Below, piece by piece: positions 20,212-30,327 of a stretch of 64,000 bases of DNA. Made by a program: the position numbers and the translations under genes. How positions within the stretch are numbered: position 1 is the first letter of the stretch; each line of letters opens with the position of its first letter. Source of the DNA: Candidatus Kaiserbacteria bacterium (GTDB taxonomy: Bacteria > Patescibacteriota > Minisyncoccia > Phycocordibacterales > Phycocordibacteraceae); assembly GCA_023264445.1 (NCBI GenBank), contig JAHFMN010000002.1, forward strand, positions 2,365 to 66,364, read 5' to 3'. Under the pieces are notes generated by a model, which made no database searches, was not told the DNA's origin, and saw only the letters and a list, made by a program, of their open reading frames with translations.

Positions 20212-21273
20212 TCAGGCCGACGCGTTCCCTGCGCGGCGTTTCCGTTTGTCAAAGTCGGTGATGAACTCAAGCAAGACTGCTGCTGCCGGCACCGAAAGCA
20301 GTACGCCGAGGAAACCGGCAAGCGTGTAGCCGGCGATGAGTGCCACGATGACCAGCAAGGGCGGTACGCCGACGATCTTCTTCACGATAAGCGGATAGAT
20401 GAGATTCGATTCGAACTGATTGACGACGACATAGAGGCCGGCGACAATCGCAGCGATTGCTACGCCGCCATCGGCAAAACCGACGATGACCGCCACGACG
20501 CCAGAGAGAAGCGACCCGAACACAGGAATGATCTCTATCATGGCGGTAAAGACTGCCAGGAGAAGCGCGTACGGGACGCCGATGATAAGAAGCCCAAGAT
20601 ACACGAGTATGCCGACAATGACCGAGAGCAATATCTGTCCCTGCATCCATAGCCCTATTTTCTTCTGGGTCCGCTTCCAGAGGTCGACTGAATATTCTTC
20701 ATACTCGAGCGGCATCACCAGGCGGAGGAAATCATCGACTCCAGTGTCCTGAAGCGCGAAGTAGAAAGAGAGAACGATGACAAGCAGAGATGAGAAAATG
20801 CCCCCGAAGAACGCGACAAAAAGATGTAGGATGCCGCTTGAACTCGCAGTGAAAACAGATTGGAAAGAAAGGAGCGTTTGTATGAAAGACTGTACCCCTT
20901 CCTGTCCGCCGATAAGAGCGGTCGCGTCAGCAAGATTTGGAAGAGAAGAAGCTGCGTTTATATCATCGAGATATTGCGGCATCAGGGAGAGAAAACCTGT
21001 CGCATCCGCAATGATGGGCGGGAAGAAGAAGTACAGAAGTGCGAAAATCGAACCGAATACCAGAACGTAGACCAGAAGCGCAGCGATGAAGCGTGGAATT
21101 CGCCGCCGAATAAAGAACACGATTCCCGGCTCGATCGCCGAGGCGATGACGATGGCGGTGATAACTAGAAGGGCGAGGTCGCGAAGGAGCCAGAGCACAT
21201 AGGCCCCTACAATGATGAAGAGCGTAGTGACGATAGTGCCCGGCGTGATGGAGACATGGATGTCCTTGCCCAT
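20212..21273 (-). CDS. AI-2E family transporter (PerM/UPF0118)
   Basis: 353 aa with about 8 TM segments and the characteristic AI-2E topology. Confidence 0.8.
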   Translation of the reverse strand: MGKDIHVSITPGTIVTTLFIIVGAYVLWLLRDLALLVITAIVIASAIEPGIVFFIRRRIPRFIAALLVYVLVFGSIFALLYFFFPPIIADATGFLSLMPQYLDDINAASSLPNLADATALIGGQEGVQSFIQTLLSFQSVFTASSSGILHLFVAFFGGIFSSLLVIVLSFYFALQDTGVDDFLRLVMPLEYEEYSVDLWKRTQKKIGLWMQGQILLSVIVGILVYLGLLIIGVPYALLLAVFTAMIEIIPVFGSLLSGVVAVIVGFADGGVAIAAIVAGLYVVVNQFESNLIYPLIVKKIVGVPPLLVIVALIAGYTLAGFLGVLLSVPAAAVLLEFITDFDKRKRRAGNASA

Positions 21274-21547
21274 ACGGGCATCCTAGCACATTCTCTCTTT
21301 GAGTTTGTGCGCGTTCCCGTGGCGTACGCATTGCCATCTGCGCCACTGCCCATCGAGAATTCTCCGGGCTGAATCTGATTCGGGACATCGAAGTCCTCTA
21401 GCAATGCGTACCAACTATTTCATTTTTGTTTGAGAAACATCCAAACGCTCTCTCTCAAGCCGTGGCCGAAGAGATTCTGGTATTGCATGTTTCTCGAATC
21501 TTCCGCATAAGCCGTGGCCGCTGCGCCCAAAGATTCGAGTGTAAGTA

Positions 21548-21591
21548 TACAAAAAGAAAATCGGCCCAAGGATACAAGTATCCAAGGGCCG
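21548..21591 (-). terminator. Intrinsic terminator for gene 21611..22270: hairpin CGGCCCAAGGATAC-AA-GTATCCAAGGGCCG, then a T-run on the minus strand
   Basis: Two 6 bp stems with a 2-nt internal loop, followed by ATTTTCTTTTTG. Confidence 0.5.
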
Positions 21592-21610
21592 AGTTCAAAG
21601 CGCCAAAGCG

Positions 21611-22270
21611 CTAGTTGCGAGGGAACACCCGATAACCGGCGCTCCAGTAGTAGTCGTCGCGCCCCCCCGCGTTCACGAACCAGTAGCCACTGTCGGCAAG
21701 CCAGAACACGTACACGACGAAGCCGGGCACGTAGAAGAGGTTGGCGTATCCGTTGTTCAGGAGTTCGCCATCCCTCCCTCCCCACTGCTTCTCGATCATC
21801 TGCGCGATGCGCGCACAGAGTTCGGACGGGTCCCACTCATACCCTTCGGGAAGTTCCGCCGTGATTTGGCTGTCCTTTGCGTTTTTGCGAAGGTCATAGG
21901 ACTTGCCGGTGCAGGCGTCGAGCTTCTCGACCGACTTCACGTTCGCAAGAATGCGTTCGTTGAATTCGCCCCAGATGTAGAGGCCGTCACGCGTCTGATA
22001 GAACGCGTGCGGGTCGTGAGGTTTGTCGAGCGCCGGATACTCCACCTGTCCATTCGCGAGAGCAAGTAAGGCGGGTTTCGGAACCATGGGAACATCGCCC
22101 AGTTTCGGGCAACCGGCTTTGAGGTAGGCCGCGAGATTGCGGCGCGCTTCGCGGTTATCCGTCACCGCCAAGAGTTCGGTGGTGACACCCTCCTTCGCCA
22201 TGACCCGTACAAATTTCGCGGTCGTGTCGAGGACGTTACTGATGGTTTCGAGGTGAGCGATGTTCGACAT
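21611..22270 (-). CDS. Hypothetical protein of 219 aa (start MSNIAHLETISNV). It is monocistronic with its own strong promoter, leader hairpin and terminator
   Basis: AGGAGG sits 7 nt upstream of the ATG; there is no recognisable family motif. Confidence 0.6.
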   Translation of the reverse strand: MSNIAHLETISNVLDTTAKFVRVMAKEGVTTELLAVTDNREARRNLAAYLKAGCPKLGDVPMVPKPALLALANGQVEYPALDKPHDPHAFYQTRDGLYIWGEFNERILANVKSVEKLDACTGKSYDLRKNAKDSQITAELPEGYEWDPSELCARIAQMIEKQWGGRDGELLNNGYANLFYVPGFVVYVFWLADSGYWFVNAGGRDDYYWSAGYRVFPRN

Positions 22271-22300
22271 CGTGTGCCTCCTAAGTAAAGAGCAACCCAT

Positions 22301-22368
22301 CCTGAATACGGGAATCCCGCACTCATTAGGTTGTTTATATTATATACTCAAATGACCTATCCTGTCAA
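22301..22368 (-). promoter_or_regulatory. Promoter plus conserved 5' leader module, copy A: -35 TTGACA (22363-22368), 18 nt spacer, -10 TATAAT (22339-22344). A leader hairpin UGAGUGCGGG-AUU-CCCGUAUUCA lies at 22303-22326
   Basis: Consensus hexamers; the 23-nt palindrome/hairpin starts about 10 nt after the predicted TSS; a near-identical module sits at 39501-39570. Confidence 0.55.
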
Positions 22369-22421
22369 GTCACCAAATGATCCTGTAGACACGGCTCAAA
22401 ATAGAACAAGGTTGAACCTTG

Positions 22422-23792
22422 TTAGGAGATGGAAGAGCGGATGCGGGTGGCGACTTCAGCAACAGTAAGGCGCTCTTGCTCGCCAGAATCACGATGGCGA
22501 AGGGTGACGGTGTCCGTGAGATTCGGCGTCTCGCCCAAGGTATCGAAGTCGATGGTGACGCAGAACGGCGTACCGATCTCGTCCTGGCGGCGATAGCGCT
22601 TGCCGATATTGCCATTATCGTCCCATGCGATAGCTGGGTGTATCTTCTGCAGCTCTTTACGCACCTCCTGCGCTTTCGCGACGAGCTCGGGTTTGTTTTT
22701 CAAAAGCGGCGAAACCATCGCTTTCACCGGTGCGATCTTCGGCGCAAGGGCGAGGTAGGAGCGCACTTCTCCGCCCATGTCATCTTCGCGATATGAGCTG
22801 GTAAGAATCGCAAGAATCGTGCGGTCCACGCCAAGAGACGGTTCGATAACGTGCGGAATAAATTTCTCCTTCGTCTCTTCATCAAGATAGGAAAGCGGAG
22901 TTCCAGAACCTTTTTCATGTGCCGAGAGGTCGAAGTCGGTGCGATAGGCGAGACCCCAGAGCTCTTTGCGGCCAAATGGGTATTCAAATTCAAAATCAAT
23001 CGTGCGTTTAGAGTAATGTGCGCGCTCTTCAGCAGGCACTTCAAGCTCATGGAGTGCGCTCGATGGTATTCCAACCGCTTCGGCAAACAGGTGCATCGCC
23101 TTGCGCCATTCCTCAAAGGCCTGCTCCCATGTATCGGGCTTTACGAAATACTCGACTTCCATCTGTTCGAGTTCACGCAGACGGAAGACGAAATCACGCG
23201 GAGCAATTTCGTTGCGGAACGCCTTCCCTATCTGCGCAATACCGAATGGAAGCTTCGGATGAAGCGAGTCAACAACATTTTTAAAGTTAGCGAAGATGCC
23301 GCCAGCCGTTTCCGGACGCAGATAGACCGTAGCCGACTCGTCCTCGGTGGCTCCCGCATGTGTCTTAAACATCATGTTAAATTGCCGAACTTCTCCAAGA
23401 GTGCCTTCTTTACCGCACGAAGGACAGACTTTATTTTCATTCACTATTTTTCCATTCTCATCTTTTTCATATTTAACTGGCACATGATCAGATCGGAAAC
23501 GACCTTTGCAATTATTGCACTCAACGAGAGGATCGGAAAATCCGGCGACATGGCCGGACGCTTCCCATACTTTCGGATTCATGAGTATTGCAGCATCAAC
23601 GCCATACATGTCGTCACGCGAATCACGGAACATCTGCAACCAGAGGCGTTCCACATTTTCCTTCAAGACAACACCGAGGGGCCCGTAGTCATAGGTGCCG
23701 GCGAGGCCGCCGTAAATCTCGGAGCCAGGGAAGACGAAGCCGCGGCGCTTACAGAGCGAGACAATTTTCTCCATCAACTGCTGATTAGCCAT
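22422..23792 (-). CDS. glyQS: Glycyl-tRNA synthetase (class II, alpha2 type)
   Basis: 456 aa; class II motifs; C-terminal anticodon-binding domain. Confidence 0.95.
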   Translation of the reverse strand: MANQQLMEKIVSLCKRRGFVFPGSEIYGGLAGTYDYGPLGVVLKENVERLWLQMFRDSRDDMYGVDAAILMNPKVWEASGHVAGFSDPLVECNNCKGRFRSDHVPVKYEKDENGKIVNENKVCPSCGKEGTLGEVRQFNMMFKTHAGATEDESATVYLRPETAGGIFANFKNVVDSLHPKLPFGIAQIGKAFRNEIAPRDFVFRLRELEQMEVEYFVKPDTWEQAFEEWRKAMHLFAEAVGIPSSALHELEVPAEERAHYSKRTIDFEFEYPFGRKELWGLAYRTDFDLSAHEKGSGTPLSYLDEETKEKFIPHVIEPSLGVDRTILAILTSSYREDDMGGEVRSYLALAPKIAPVKAMVSPLLKNKPELVAKAQEVRKELQKIHPAIAWDDNGNIGKRYRRQDEIGTPFCVTIDFDTLGETPNLTDTVTLRHRDSGEQERLTVAEVATRIRSSIS

Positions 23793-23885
23793 AGAGCGAT
23801 ATTACTGCCAAGCGAGCCGAGTGGCAAAGCATGTCCCCATGATTTGTCCGAGGCAAGCGCAGGAAGAAAGCTCGGTCATACGAGC

Positions 23886-25772
23886 TTATTGAACAGTAGC
23901 GTTAGTCGGGACATATCCTGGATCTCCCTTCGTTTCGGTCGTCACTGGATCGGCCGTCTCTGCTATCTGCACGCCAGCGAAGCGATCGTATCCTGAAAAA
24001 GTGACCGCACCGGTAAGTGGCGGCGCAGAACCTTTCTGCGAGGTGGACGGAGTGAATGAGACCTGGAAAAGCCCTTGTGTGCTCCCCGCTTGTGCGAGGT
24101 CGCCGATATCCCATGAGACAGAACGAGAGGTTCCATCATACGAGAAAGAGCCGCTACCGCCTGTGAGACCGGTATAGGAAACGTAGCCGGGCAATACCGT
24201 CGAGACCCTTCCCCCGGCCACCGCGCTTCCTTTGTTTTGAGCAGTCAGGACAATACTATATGTCGTCGCTTGATTGGCTTTAGGAGGAATAGGGCCGCTG
24301 TTTCCTATAGCTCCCGAACTATGCAGCGCTGCTGCTGAAAGCATGACTGAGGTCGCGACCTTCACGGTCTTGGCTGCAGAAGCATTCACCAATTCCGGCA
24401 CATTACTCTGGCCCACGCGAGTACCAGAGACAGAGATAGTGAAGGTGATTGATGGTGTGGTGGGAAGCATACTCGCTGGAAGGGTTGCGAAAGAAAACGA
24501 ACCGAAACCAGAAGCACCAGGCGCAAGCGAGGCAAGAGAGGAATCGGTGTCCCTGCTGAACACGACGGTATGATCGGAGGAGCGGTAGAAACCATTTGTC
24601 GTCTGTATGCTGTCATAATCAACCGCCGAACCAGAGAGTGCGATAGAGATTGTCGCATTTGTCACACTCGTTGAGAGCGTATTCGTATAGGAAAGGCTGA
24701 CGTTCTGAGGGCTCCCAGCAGTGACGACGGTGTTCGTGCCTGTATCCCCGTTAAGGGCAAGCGTCGTATTAATAAAAGGCGCTCTGATGGTAACCGTCGC
24801 ATCTTGTGTCATATAGGAGACGACGGGCGTCTGGTTCGTCGGCGTATCCGCGGTCCCGACTGTAAAGTGGAAAACGCGCTGCTCTTTATCTTGTCCCAAG
24901 AGCGTTCCAACAAGCGTCACTTCCTTGCTCGCACCGGGCGCGATAGTGCCGAGCAGAAAACTGGAATTATTCAGCGGGCGTGACGACGAGGTGACCGAAA
25001 AGCCAAATGGGAGCGTGCTTGCGAGAACGACGTTCTCGAGCGGTACTGTTGCATTAGAACGGACGGTGAGTGTAAAAGCGAGCGGTTTGCCGGAAATCGT
25101 TTCAGAGAGCGTCTCGACCGAAAGCGAAAGCGGCGTAGAAGAGATCGTCAGTGGATAGGAAGTTTTCTTTACAAAACCCGCATTGGAGCCGGTCGTACCG
25201 TAGGAAAATGTGACTGGCAGAGTGAGCGTTTGTCCGGCTCCGCCGAATATGATTGCCTTCAACGAACGAGTTATCGTCGCACCGCTTGCGAGCATGCCAA
25301 GATTCTCGGTGTAGCGCGGGTAGGTCTGCGAGATATCATCTGCACTGCGCGTGCCGCTTGGGAATTCAATCCCAATCGTCGCATTTTCAAGAGCAACCGG
25401 ATTCTTATTCGTTATGGTGAGTGATAGGGGGACGGTATCTCCTCCTGCGATTGTCGTCGGGCCTTGTATATCGATGGTGATCTTGTCTACCGAGACGGTG
25501 TTGCCGCCGGCAAAGAAGAAATAGCCGGCGGCAACAAGTGAAACGAGAAAGAACAGGAATGCAATGGTGAAAAATATACCGGCGAAATGAACGTGTCGCT
25601 CCCCATTTCGCGAGAATTGCTGAAATGATTCTCGCCACGTATGAGGTAGAAGGCGTGGGCCAGACTGTGCAAGTGGAGGATTTCCTCCCGATGAGGGGGC
25701 AACGGGCTCGTAGAGACGCTTTCGCGCCCGTTCAAGCGAGCCAGTATCATCTTCAGGAAGCGGCGGCATCAC
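23886..25772 (-). CDS. Large membrane-anchored surface protein of 628 aa with repeated beta-sandwich (CARDB/Ig-like) domains
   Basis: Single TM helix IFFTIAFLFFLVSLVAAGYFFF followed by a 550-aa Thr/Ser-rich ectodomain. Confidence 0.7.
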   Translation of the reverse strand: MMPPLPEDDTGSLERARKRLYEPVAPSSGGNPPLAQSGPRLLPHTWRESFQQFSRNGERHVHFAGIFFTIAFLFFLVSLVAAGYFFFAGGNTVSVDKITIDIQGPTTIAGGDTVPLSLTITNKNPVALENATIGIEFPSGTRSADDISQTYPRYTENLGMLASGATITRSLKAIIFGGAGQTLTLPVTFSYGTTGSNAGFVKKTSYPLTISSTPLSLSVETLSETISGKPLAFTLTVRSNATVPLENVVLASTLPFGFSVTSSSRPLNNSSFLLGTIAPGASKEVTLVGTLLGQDKEQRVFHFTVGTADTPTNQTPVVSYMTQDATVTIRAPFINTTLALNGDTGTNTVVTAGSPQNVSLSYTNTLSTSVTNATISIALSGSAVDYDSIQTTNGFYRSSDHTVVFSRDTDSSLASLAPGASGFGSFSFATLPASMLPTTPSITFTISVSGTRVGQSNVPELVNASAAKTVKVATSVMLSAAALHSSGAIGNSGPIPPKANQATTYSIVLTAQNKGSAVAGGRVSTVLPGYVSYTGLTGGSGSFSYDGTSRSVSWDIGDLAQAGSTQGLFQVSFTPSTSQKGSAPPLTGAVTFSGYDRFAGVQIAETADPVTTETKGDPGYVPTNATVQ

Positions 25773-25790
25773 TCATTAGTATACAAGAAT

Positions 25791-26360
25791 TTAAAGGCCG
25801 GAAGTGGCAATGCCGTGATTGATGCGCGTAATGTATGCCGTGCGATCTTCTGCGACCGCAGCAAGTAGTGGAGGCGTGAACGCCGATGGTTCTCCTGGTA
25901 TGCCACCTACATCGAGCCCCAGTGCAGCAAGCGTGCGGAGTGCGGCGAGCATTTCAACGGCCTCGTGCTGCTCCTCAGGATGCTCCGAAAGCGCGGAAAA
26001 AAAGCCACTCATGATGGGAAAGAGTGTCGTGTCATGGGCTTCTCCGGCAACAAGGCGCAGCAAGAGTCCCGACACGCGCGCCGCCCGCTCTCGCGGCGGC
26101 GCGCTCTGCATGCGCTTGAACCAATTTTCTTCAAGCATGGCGCCGGCAAGCCGCCAGCCCTCCTTCCCGCGAACAAGCACGAGAGAACTTTCAGCAAAGG
26201 TAGTGAGAGCATGGGCGAGCTTCGCCCCGGAAGCCCGGAGGCCCTGCGCCCGAGCGCGCACGAGACCGAGCTCGGGCGTGAGCACCATGACAAATGCGTT
26301 CGCTTCTCCCAAAGGAGAACGGGAGAGCACGATACCGCGCGTCTCGTATTTATGGCGCAT
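25791..26360 (-). CDS. recO: DNA repair protein RecO
   Basis: N-terminal OB fold [28 protein letters not shown]. Confidence 0.75.
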   Translation of the reverse strand: MRHKYETRGIVLSRSPLGEANAFVMVLTPELGLVRARAQGLRASGAKLAHALTTFAESSLVLVRGKEGWRLAGAMLEENWFKRMQSAPPRERAARVSGLLLRLVAGEAHDTTLFPIMSGFFSALSEHPEEQHEAVEMLAALRTLAALGLDVGGIPGEPSAFTPPLLAAVAEDRTAYITRINHGIATSGL

Positions 26361-29300
26361 TGCGAATGAGATTGAAGCGTACCGGACCGGTTGAGAGGGT
26401 CGCCGCATGCTTCCCTTCCGGAGCTATCTCCGTGCGCACCGTATCTCTGGGAGAGAATCCTTCGGCTTTGCGCGCATCCGCGACCGCGCGCGCCATCTCG
26501 CGCTCGTCTCCCTCCTTTATAAGCTCTGGCGTGAGAGCCGTGTCGAGCACAAGCTCTTTGCCTGCGATCACTTTTTTCACATTCATCTCTTCAGCGAGAA
26601 TGCCTGCCAGCTCGGTTGGCAGTTGCCCTGGAACCGTGAGCGAAGCGAGCGGTTGGCGCACCTTGATACCGGCCTTCTGCCGCAATTGGAGCGCTTCTGA
26701 TGCGAGCGCACGAACTTTCTTCATCTCTGCGAGCAGAGCTTCGTCTTTCCCTTTGCCGAACCAGCGCCGTTTTCGCTCCGGCCATGATGCAAGATGCACG
26801 CTCTCTGGAGCAGAAGCATCCTTTACCCTCGCGTACACATCCTCTGCAAGAAATGGCGCGAACGGAGCGAGAAGAAGCGCCGATGTATGAAGCGTGTCGC
26901 GGAGAGTCTCGAGAGCTGCTGCATCGCCTTCGCGCACGCGGTCGCGAATGCGCCGCACATACCATTGTGAAAGATCTTCAGTAAGCCCCGCAATCATACG
27001 CGTCGCCTCAAAGGGACGGTACCCGTCCATACTTTCGGTCATAACCGAGACAGCTTCCTGCACTCGCGCCCGCATCCATGTATCAATAACCGCCGGCTGC
27101 TTTTGCACAGGCGGAACATCTTTGAACAACTCATAGAACTTCGCGCTATTCTCGAGCCAAGAGAGCACTTTCGCCGCCTCCTTCACCGTTTTCTCGCCAT
27201 AATTCTTTGAGTCGCCCGGCTGGGTCACGCTATACATCCAGAACCGGAGCGTATCGACGCCCCACTTCTCCATCTCCACCCATGGGTCAACCACATTCCC
27301 TTTTGATTTGCTCATCTTCTGCCCTTCGGCATCGAGGAGGTGTCCGAGCGAAATCACATTTCTGAAAGAAGCGCCGCGGCCTGCAAGCGTTCCTACCGCG
27401 AGCAGCGTATAAAACCAGCCGCGCGTCTGGTCGATGGCCTCGCTGATGAAATCAGCCGGGTACGCGATCTTCTTCAGAAAGGCGCTCAGCGATTCGTTCC
27501 CGCGCTCGCGCGCCGCTTGTGCAAACGGCATTCCGCCGGAGTCAAACCATACGTCCATTACTTCCTTCACTCGGCGCAGTTTGGTCCCCTTTTCTGAAAC
27601 GAGCACCACATCATCGATATAGGGCCGATGCAGATCAAGCTCATAGTCCTCATTGTGTGGAAGAGGGAGGAAGTTAAGAGCGCGCTCCTCGGCAGGAGCA
27701 AGAGCGTCCCGTTCGATATGCCCGTGGCGCACGACCGCTTCGGGTATCGTCTCGCCAAGCGCGACTGACTGAAGCATGAAAGCGGGGGTCTCATGCGTCA
27801 CGAAGAGAATCTTCTCGCCCTGATACTGCTCCTCGCACTCGTACAGGAGCGCGCCGACACGGCGCTTGACCTCTACCCAGCTCTCACCTCCTTGTGGCGC
27901 AGACAAGCCTTTCGGCTGCGACGCTAAAAACCATTCATGATACGCGCGTATCGGTCCTTGATTGAAGATGCCGAGCCCAAGCTCTCGCAGGCGCGCATCA
28001 GCGGCTATGCTGTCGGACAGGCCACATTCTTGCGCGATAATCTCCGCCGTCCGGGTCGTCCGCCGCAAGGGCGAGTGGATGATGCGCGTGATGCCGAGAT
28101 GCTTAAGGCGCTTCGCAGTCGCTCGTGCATCATCCTCCCCTTTCTGGGTAAGATTTCCCGAAATCGAATCGTCGTCATTGAGTATCCTGCTTACGTTATT
28201 CTCCGTCTCTCCATGCCGCATCACGAAATACGCATTGCCGGATTTTTTCGTATGCTTTTTCAGGTCATCTATCGAATCAATAACGAGCTGTTCGCTTCCA
28301 TCAGTATTGCGCCAGATAGGTAGCGGCGTACCCCAATAGCGCTCGCGGCTTATCGCCCAGTCTTTCGCATTTGCGAGCCATTCGCCCATGCGCCCCTCGC
28401 GGATGTATTCCGGCTCCCAATGAATCTTCTTATTTTCAGAAACGAGCTTCACGCGCAGGTCGCTCATGCGGATGTACCACGAATCGCGCGCATAATAGAT
28501 GAGCCGCGTCTTGCACCGCCAGCAGAAGGGATAGGTGTGCGTATAGGATTCTTTCTTGAAAAGCAGATCGCGCGCCTGCAGGTCTTTCAGTATCTCAACC
28601 GACGTCTCCTCTTCAACGACAGACCTTCCGGCAAGAAAACCAGTTCCATCAATAAACTTCCCTTCAGGATTTACTAAATGCACTTTCGGCAGGCCAATAC
28701 TGTTCCCAAGTTCGAAATCTTCTTGGCCGTACATCATCGCGGTGTGTACGATGCCCGTACCATCTTCGGTCGTGACGAAATCCGCCGCATATACCTGAAA
28801 TGCTTTCTCAAACTTTGCCTTCTCGTTCTCTGACGCGAGATTCTTTGCAAAATCGTAGAGCGGCTTATATTTCTTGCCAACTAAATCTTTTCCTTTAACT
28901 TCTCTCTCGACACTAAAAGAAATCCCGGCATCGGAGAATCGTTCAAGAGCTGATTTTGCCAGAAGATACACACCAGAGTCAGCTTCATAATGGCCCGCAC
29001 CCGCCGCTTGTATTTGAGTCTTAAAAATTTTTGCTTTTACATAATCAATGTCCTTCCCCACTGCGAGTGCGATGTTGCCAGGAAGCGTCCATGGCGTCGT
29101 CGTCCACGCGAGCAGATAGGTACCCGGCTCATCTACGAGCTCAAACTTCGCAGTAATGGTGAGATCTTTGATGTCTTGGTATCCCTGCGCAAGCTCGTGC
29201 GAAGAGAGTGCCGTCCCGCAACGCGGACACCATGGCACGACCTTGTAATCCTTATAGAGCCGGCTGTCCTTTGCCGTCTGGGCAAAGAGGTGCCAGAGGA

Positions 29301-29769
29301 CTTCCATGTAGGAACTGTCAAAGGTGAAATACGCCTTAGTCTCATCGACCCAGTAGCCGATGCGCTTGGTAAACTTCGCCCATAAATCAATGTATGCAAA
29401 AACGCTCTCGCGGCACTTCTTATTGAAAGCGGCTATGCCGTATTTCTCGATGTCGGGCTTTCCTTTGAAACCAAGCTGTTTTTCGACTTCAAGCTCGACT
29501 GGAAGCCCGTGCGTGTCCCACCCCGCGCGGCGATTGACCCGATACCCGCGCATGGTCTTGTAGCGCGGAATGGCATCTTTAAATGCGCGTGCCTCAAGGT
29601 GGTGGATGCCCGGCTTTCCATTGGCCGTCGGCGGTCCTTCATAAAAGACGAATTCGCCTTTGGGGGACTTTTTCGTGAGTGATTTCTCAAAGATGCGCTC
29701 GCGCTCCCAAAACGCCAGAATCGCTTCTTCGCGCTTCGCCGCTTCTGACTTCTCTGGAACATCAGCCAT
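26350..29769 (-). CDS. ileS: Isoleucyl-tRNA synthetase of 1139 aa carrying an inserted histidine-phosphatase (PGAM-like) domain of about 200 aa between the WGTPLPIW and DVWFDSG segments
   Basis: HIGH-like [10 protein letters not shown]1 editing domain, KMSKS. The insert carries RHGETENN and LFVTHE motifs. Start taken at [12 protein letters not shown]. Confidence 0.93.
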   Translation of the reverse strand: MADVPEKSEAAKREEAILAFWERERIFEKSLTKKSPKGEFVFYEGPPTANGKPGIHHLEARAFKDAIPRYKTMRGYRVNRRAGWDTHGLPVELEVEKQLGFKGKPDIEKYGIAAFNKKCRESVFAYIDLWAKFTKRIGYWVDETKAYFTFDSSYMEVLWHLFAQTAKDSRLYKDYKVVPWCPRCGTALSSHELAQGYQDIKDLTITAKFELVDEPGTYLLAWTTTPWTLPGNIALAVGKDIDYVKAKIFKTQIQAAGAGHYEADSGVYLLAKSALERFSDAGISFSVEREVKGKDLVGKKYKPLYDFAKNLASENEKAKFEKAFQVYAADFVTTEDGTGIVHTAMMYGQEDFELGNSIGLPKVHLVNPEGKFIDGTGFLAGRSVVEEETSVEILKDLQARDLLFKKESYTHTYPFCWRCKTRLIYYARDSWYIRMSDLRVKLVSENKKIHWEPEYIREGRMGEWLANAKDWAISRERYWGTPLPIWRNTDGSEQLVIDSIDDLKKHTKKSGNAYFVMRHGETENNVSRILNDDDSISGNLTQKGEDDARATAKRLKHLGITRIIHSPLRRTTRTAEIIAQECGLSDSIAADARLRELGLGIFNQGPIRAYHEWFLASQPKGLSAPQGGESWVEVKRRVGALLYECEEQYQGEKILFVTHETPAFMLQSVALGETIPEAVVRHGHIERDALAPAEERALNFLPLPHNEDYELDLHRPYIDDVVLVSEKGTKLRRVKEVMDVWFDSGGMPFAQAARERGNESLSAFLKKIAYPADFISEAIDQTRGWFYTLLAVGTLAGRGASFRNVISLGHLLDAEGQKMSKSKGNVVDPWVEMEKWGVDTLRFWMYSVTQPGDSKNYGEKTVKEAAKVLSWLENSAKFYELFKDVPPVQKQPAVIDTWMRARVQEAVSVMTESMDGYRPFEATRMIAGLTEDLSQWYVRRIRDRVREGDAAALETLRDTLHTSALLLAPFAPFLAEDVYARVKDASAPESVHLASWPERKRRWFGKGKDEALLAEMKKVRALASEALQLRQKAGIKVRQPLASLTVPGQLPTELAGILAEEMNVKKVIAGKELVLDTALTPELIKEGDEREMARAVADARKAEGFSPRDTVRTEIAPEGKHAATLSTGPVRFNLIRNAP

Positions 29770-29857
29770 ATCTCTCGTATCGTAGCGTTTACCGGGCAAA
29801 AATGGAAACGGCGGCCCAGGAGAGAATCCCTGTGACCGCCGTTGTGGCGTTGTGTCG

Positions 29858-30163
29858 CTATGCGACCCGGAGCGCCGGATGGAATCGCCGATATCGCTCA
29901 CGGTGCGAACGGGCGCGGATCGCCGTTCGACGGGCGATTGCCCGCTCGTATAGCCCCCTCGCATACTTCAGGACATAGTCCGGAATCTTGCGGAGATTCA
30001 CGACGACTTTCCGGACGATGTTCTCACCCCGCTGCATACGCAGAGCATTCTCGAAGCTGGTTGCTTCCTCGAACAATTCCTTGATTGTCCACGAGCGAAA
30101 GCGTGCAGCCCGATAGATGATCTCGATGTGAGAGGATGTCCTGCGACGGTTCTTATTTGCCAT
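29858..30163 (-). CDS. Small basic hypothetical protein of 101 aa with an Arg-rich C-terminal tail
   Basis: GGAGGA sits 3-4 nt upstream of the ATG; it lies between argS and ileS. Confidence 0.45.
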   Translation of the reverse strand: MANKNRRRTSSHIEIIYRAARFRSWTIKELFEEATSFENALRMQRGENIVRKVVVNLRKIPDYVLKYARGLYERAIARRTAIRARSHRERYRRFHPALRVA

Positions 30164-30327
30164 TACTCCTCCATAGCAGTCGCGACCGACGACATGTACG
30201 GTCTGCGAAAGAATCTAGCGCACTCTCAGCTTACCCGCAACCTACTGCCAAGCGAGCCGAGCGACAAATGAAGTCCCTACTTTATTTGTCCGAGGCAAGT
30301 ACAGAGAGAAAGCTTTGTCTTCAAAGC

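Noticed and set aside
21420-21836. 138-aa minus-strand Arg-rich ORF in the intergenic region
   Set aside because: It is low-complexity and Arg/Leu-rich, overlaps the terminator and repeat structures, and has no Shine-Dalgarno sequence.
22851-23996. 381-aa plus-strand ORF
   Set aside because: It is antisense to glyQS, which has unambiguous class II aaRS motifs.
27657-28257. Considered whether the extra segment in ileS is an intein or a frameshift fusion
   Set aside because: No intein splice-junction motifs (C/S at the N-terminus, HN plus C/S/T at the C-terminus) are visible. The frame is continuous and the segment carries clear histidine-phosphatase motifs, so I treat it as a domain insertion.
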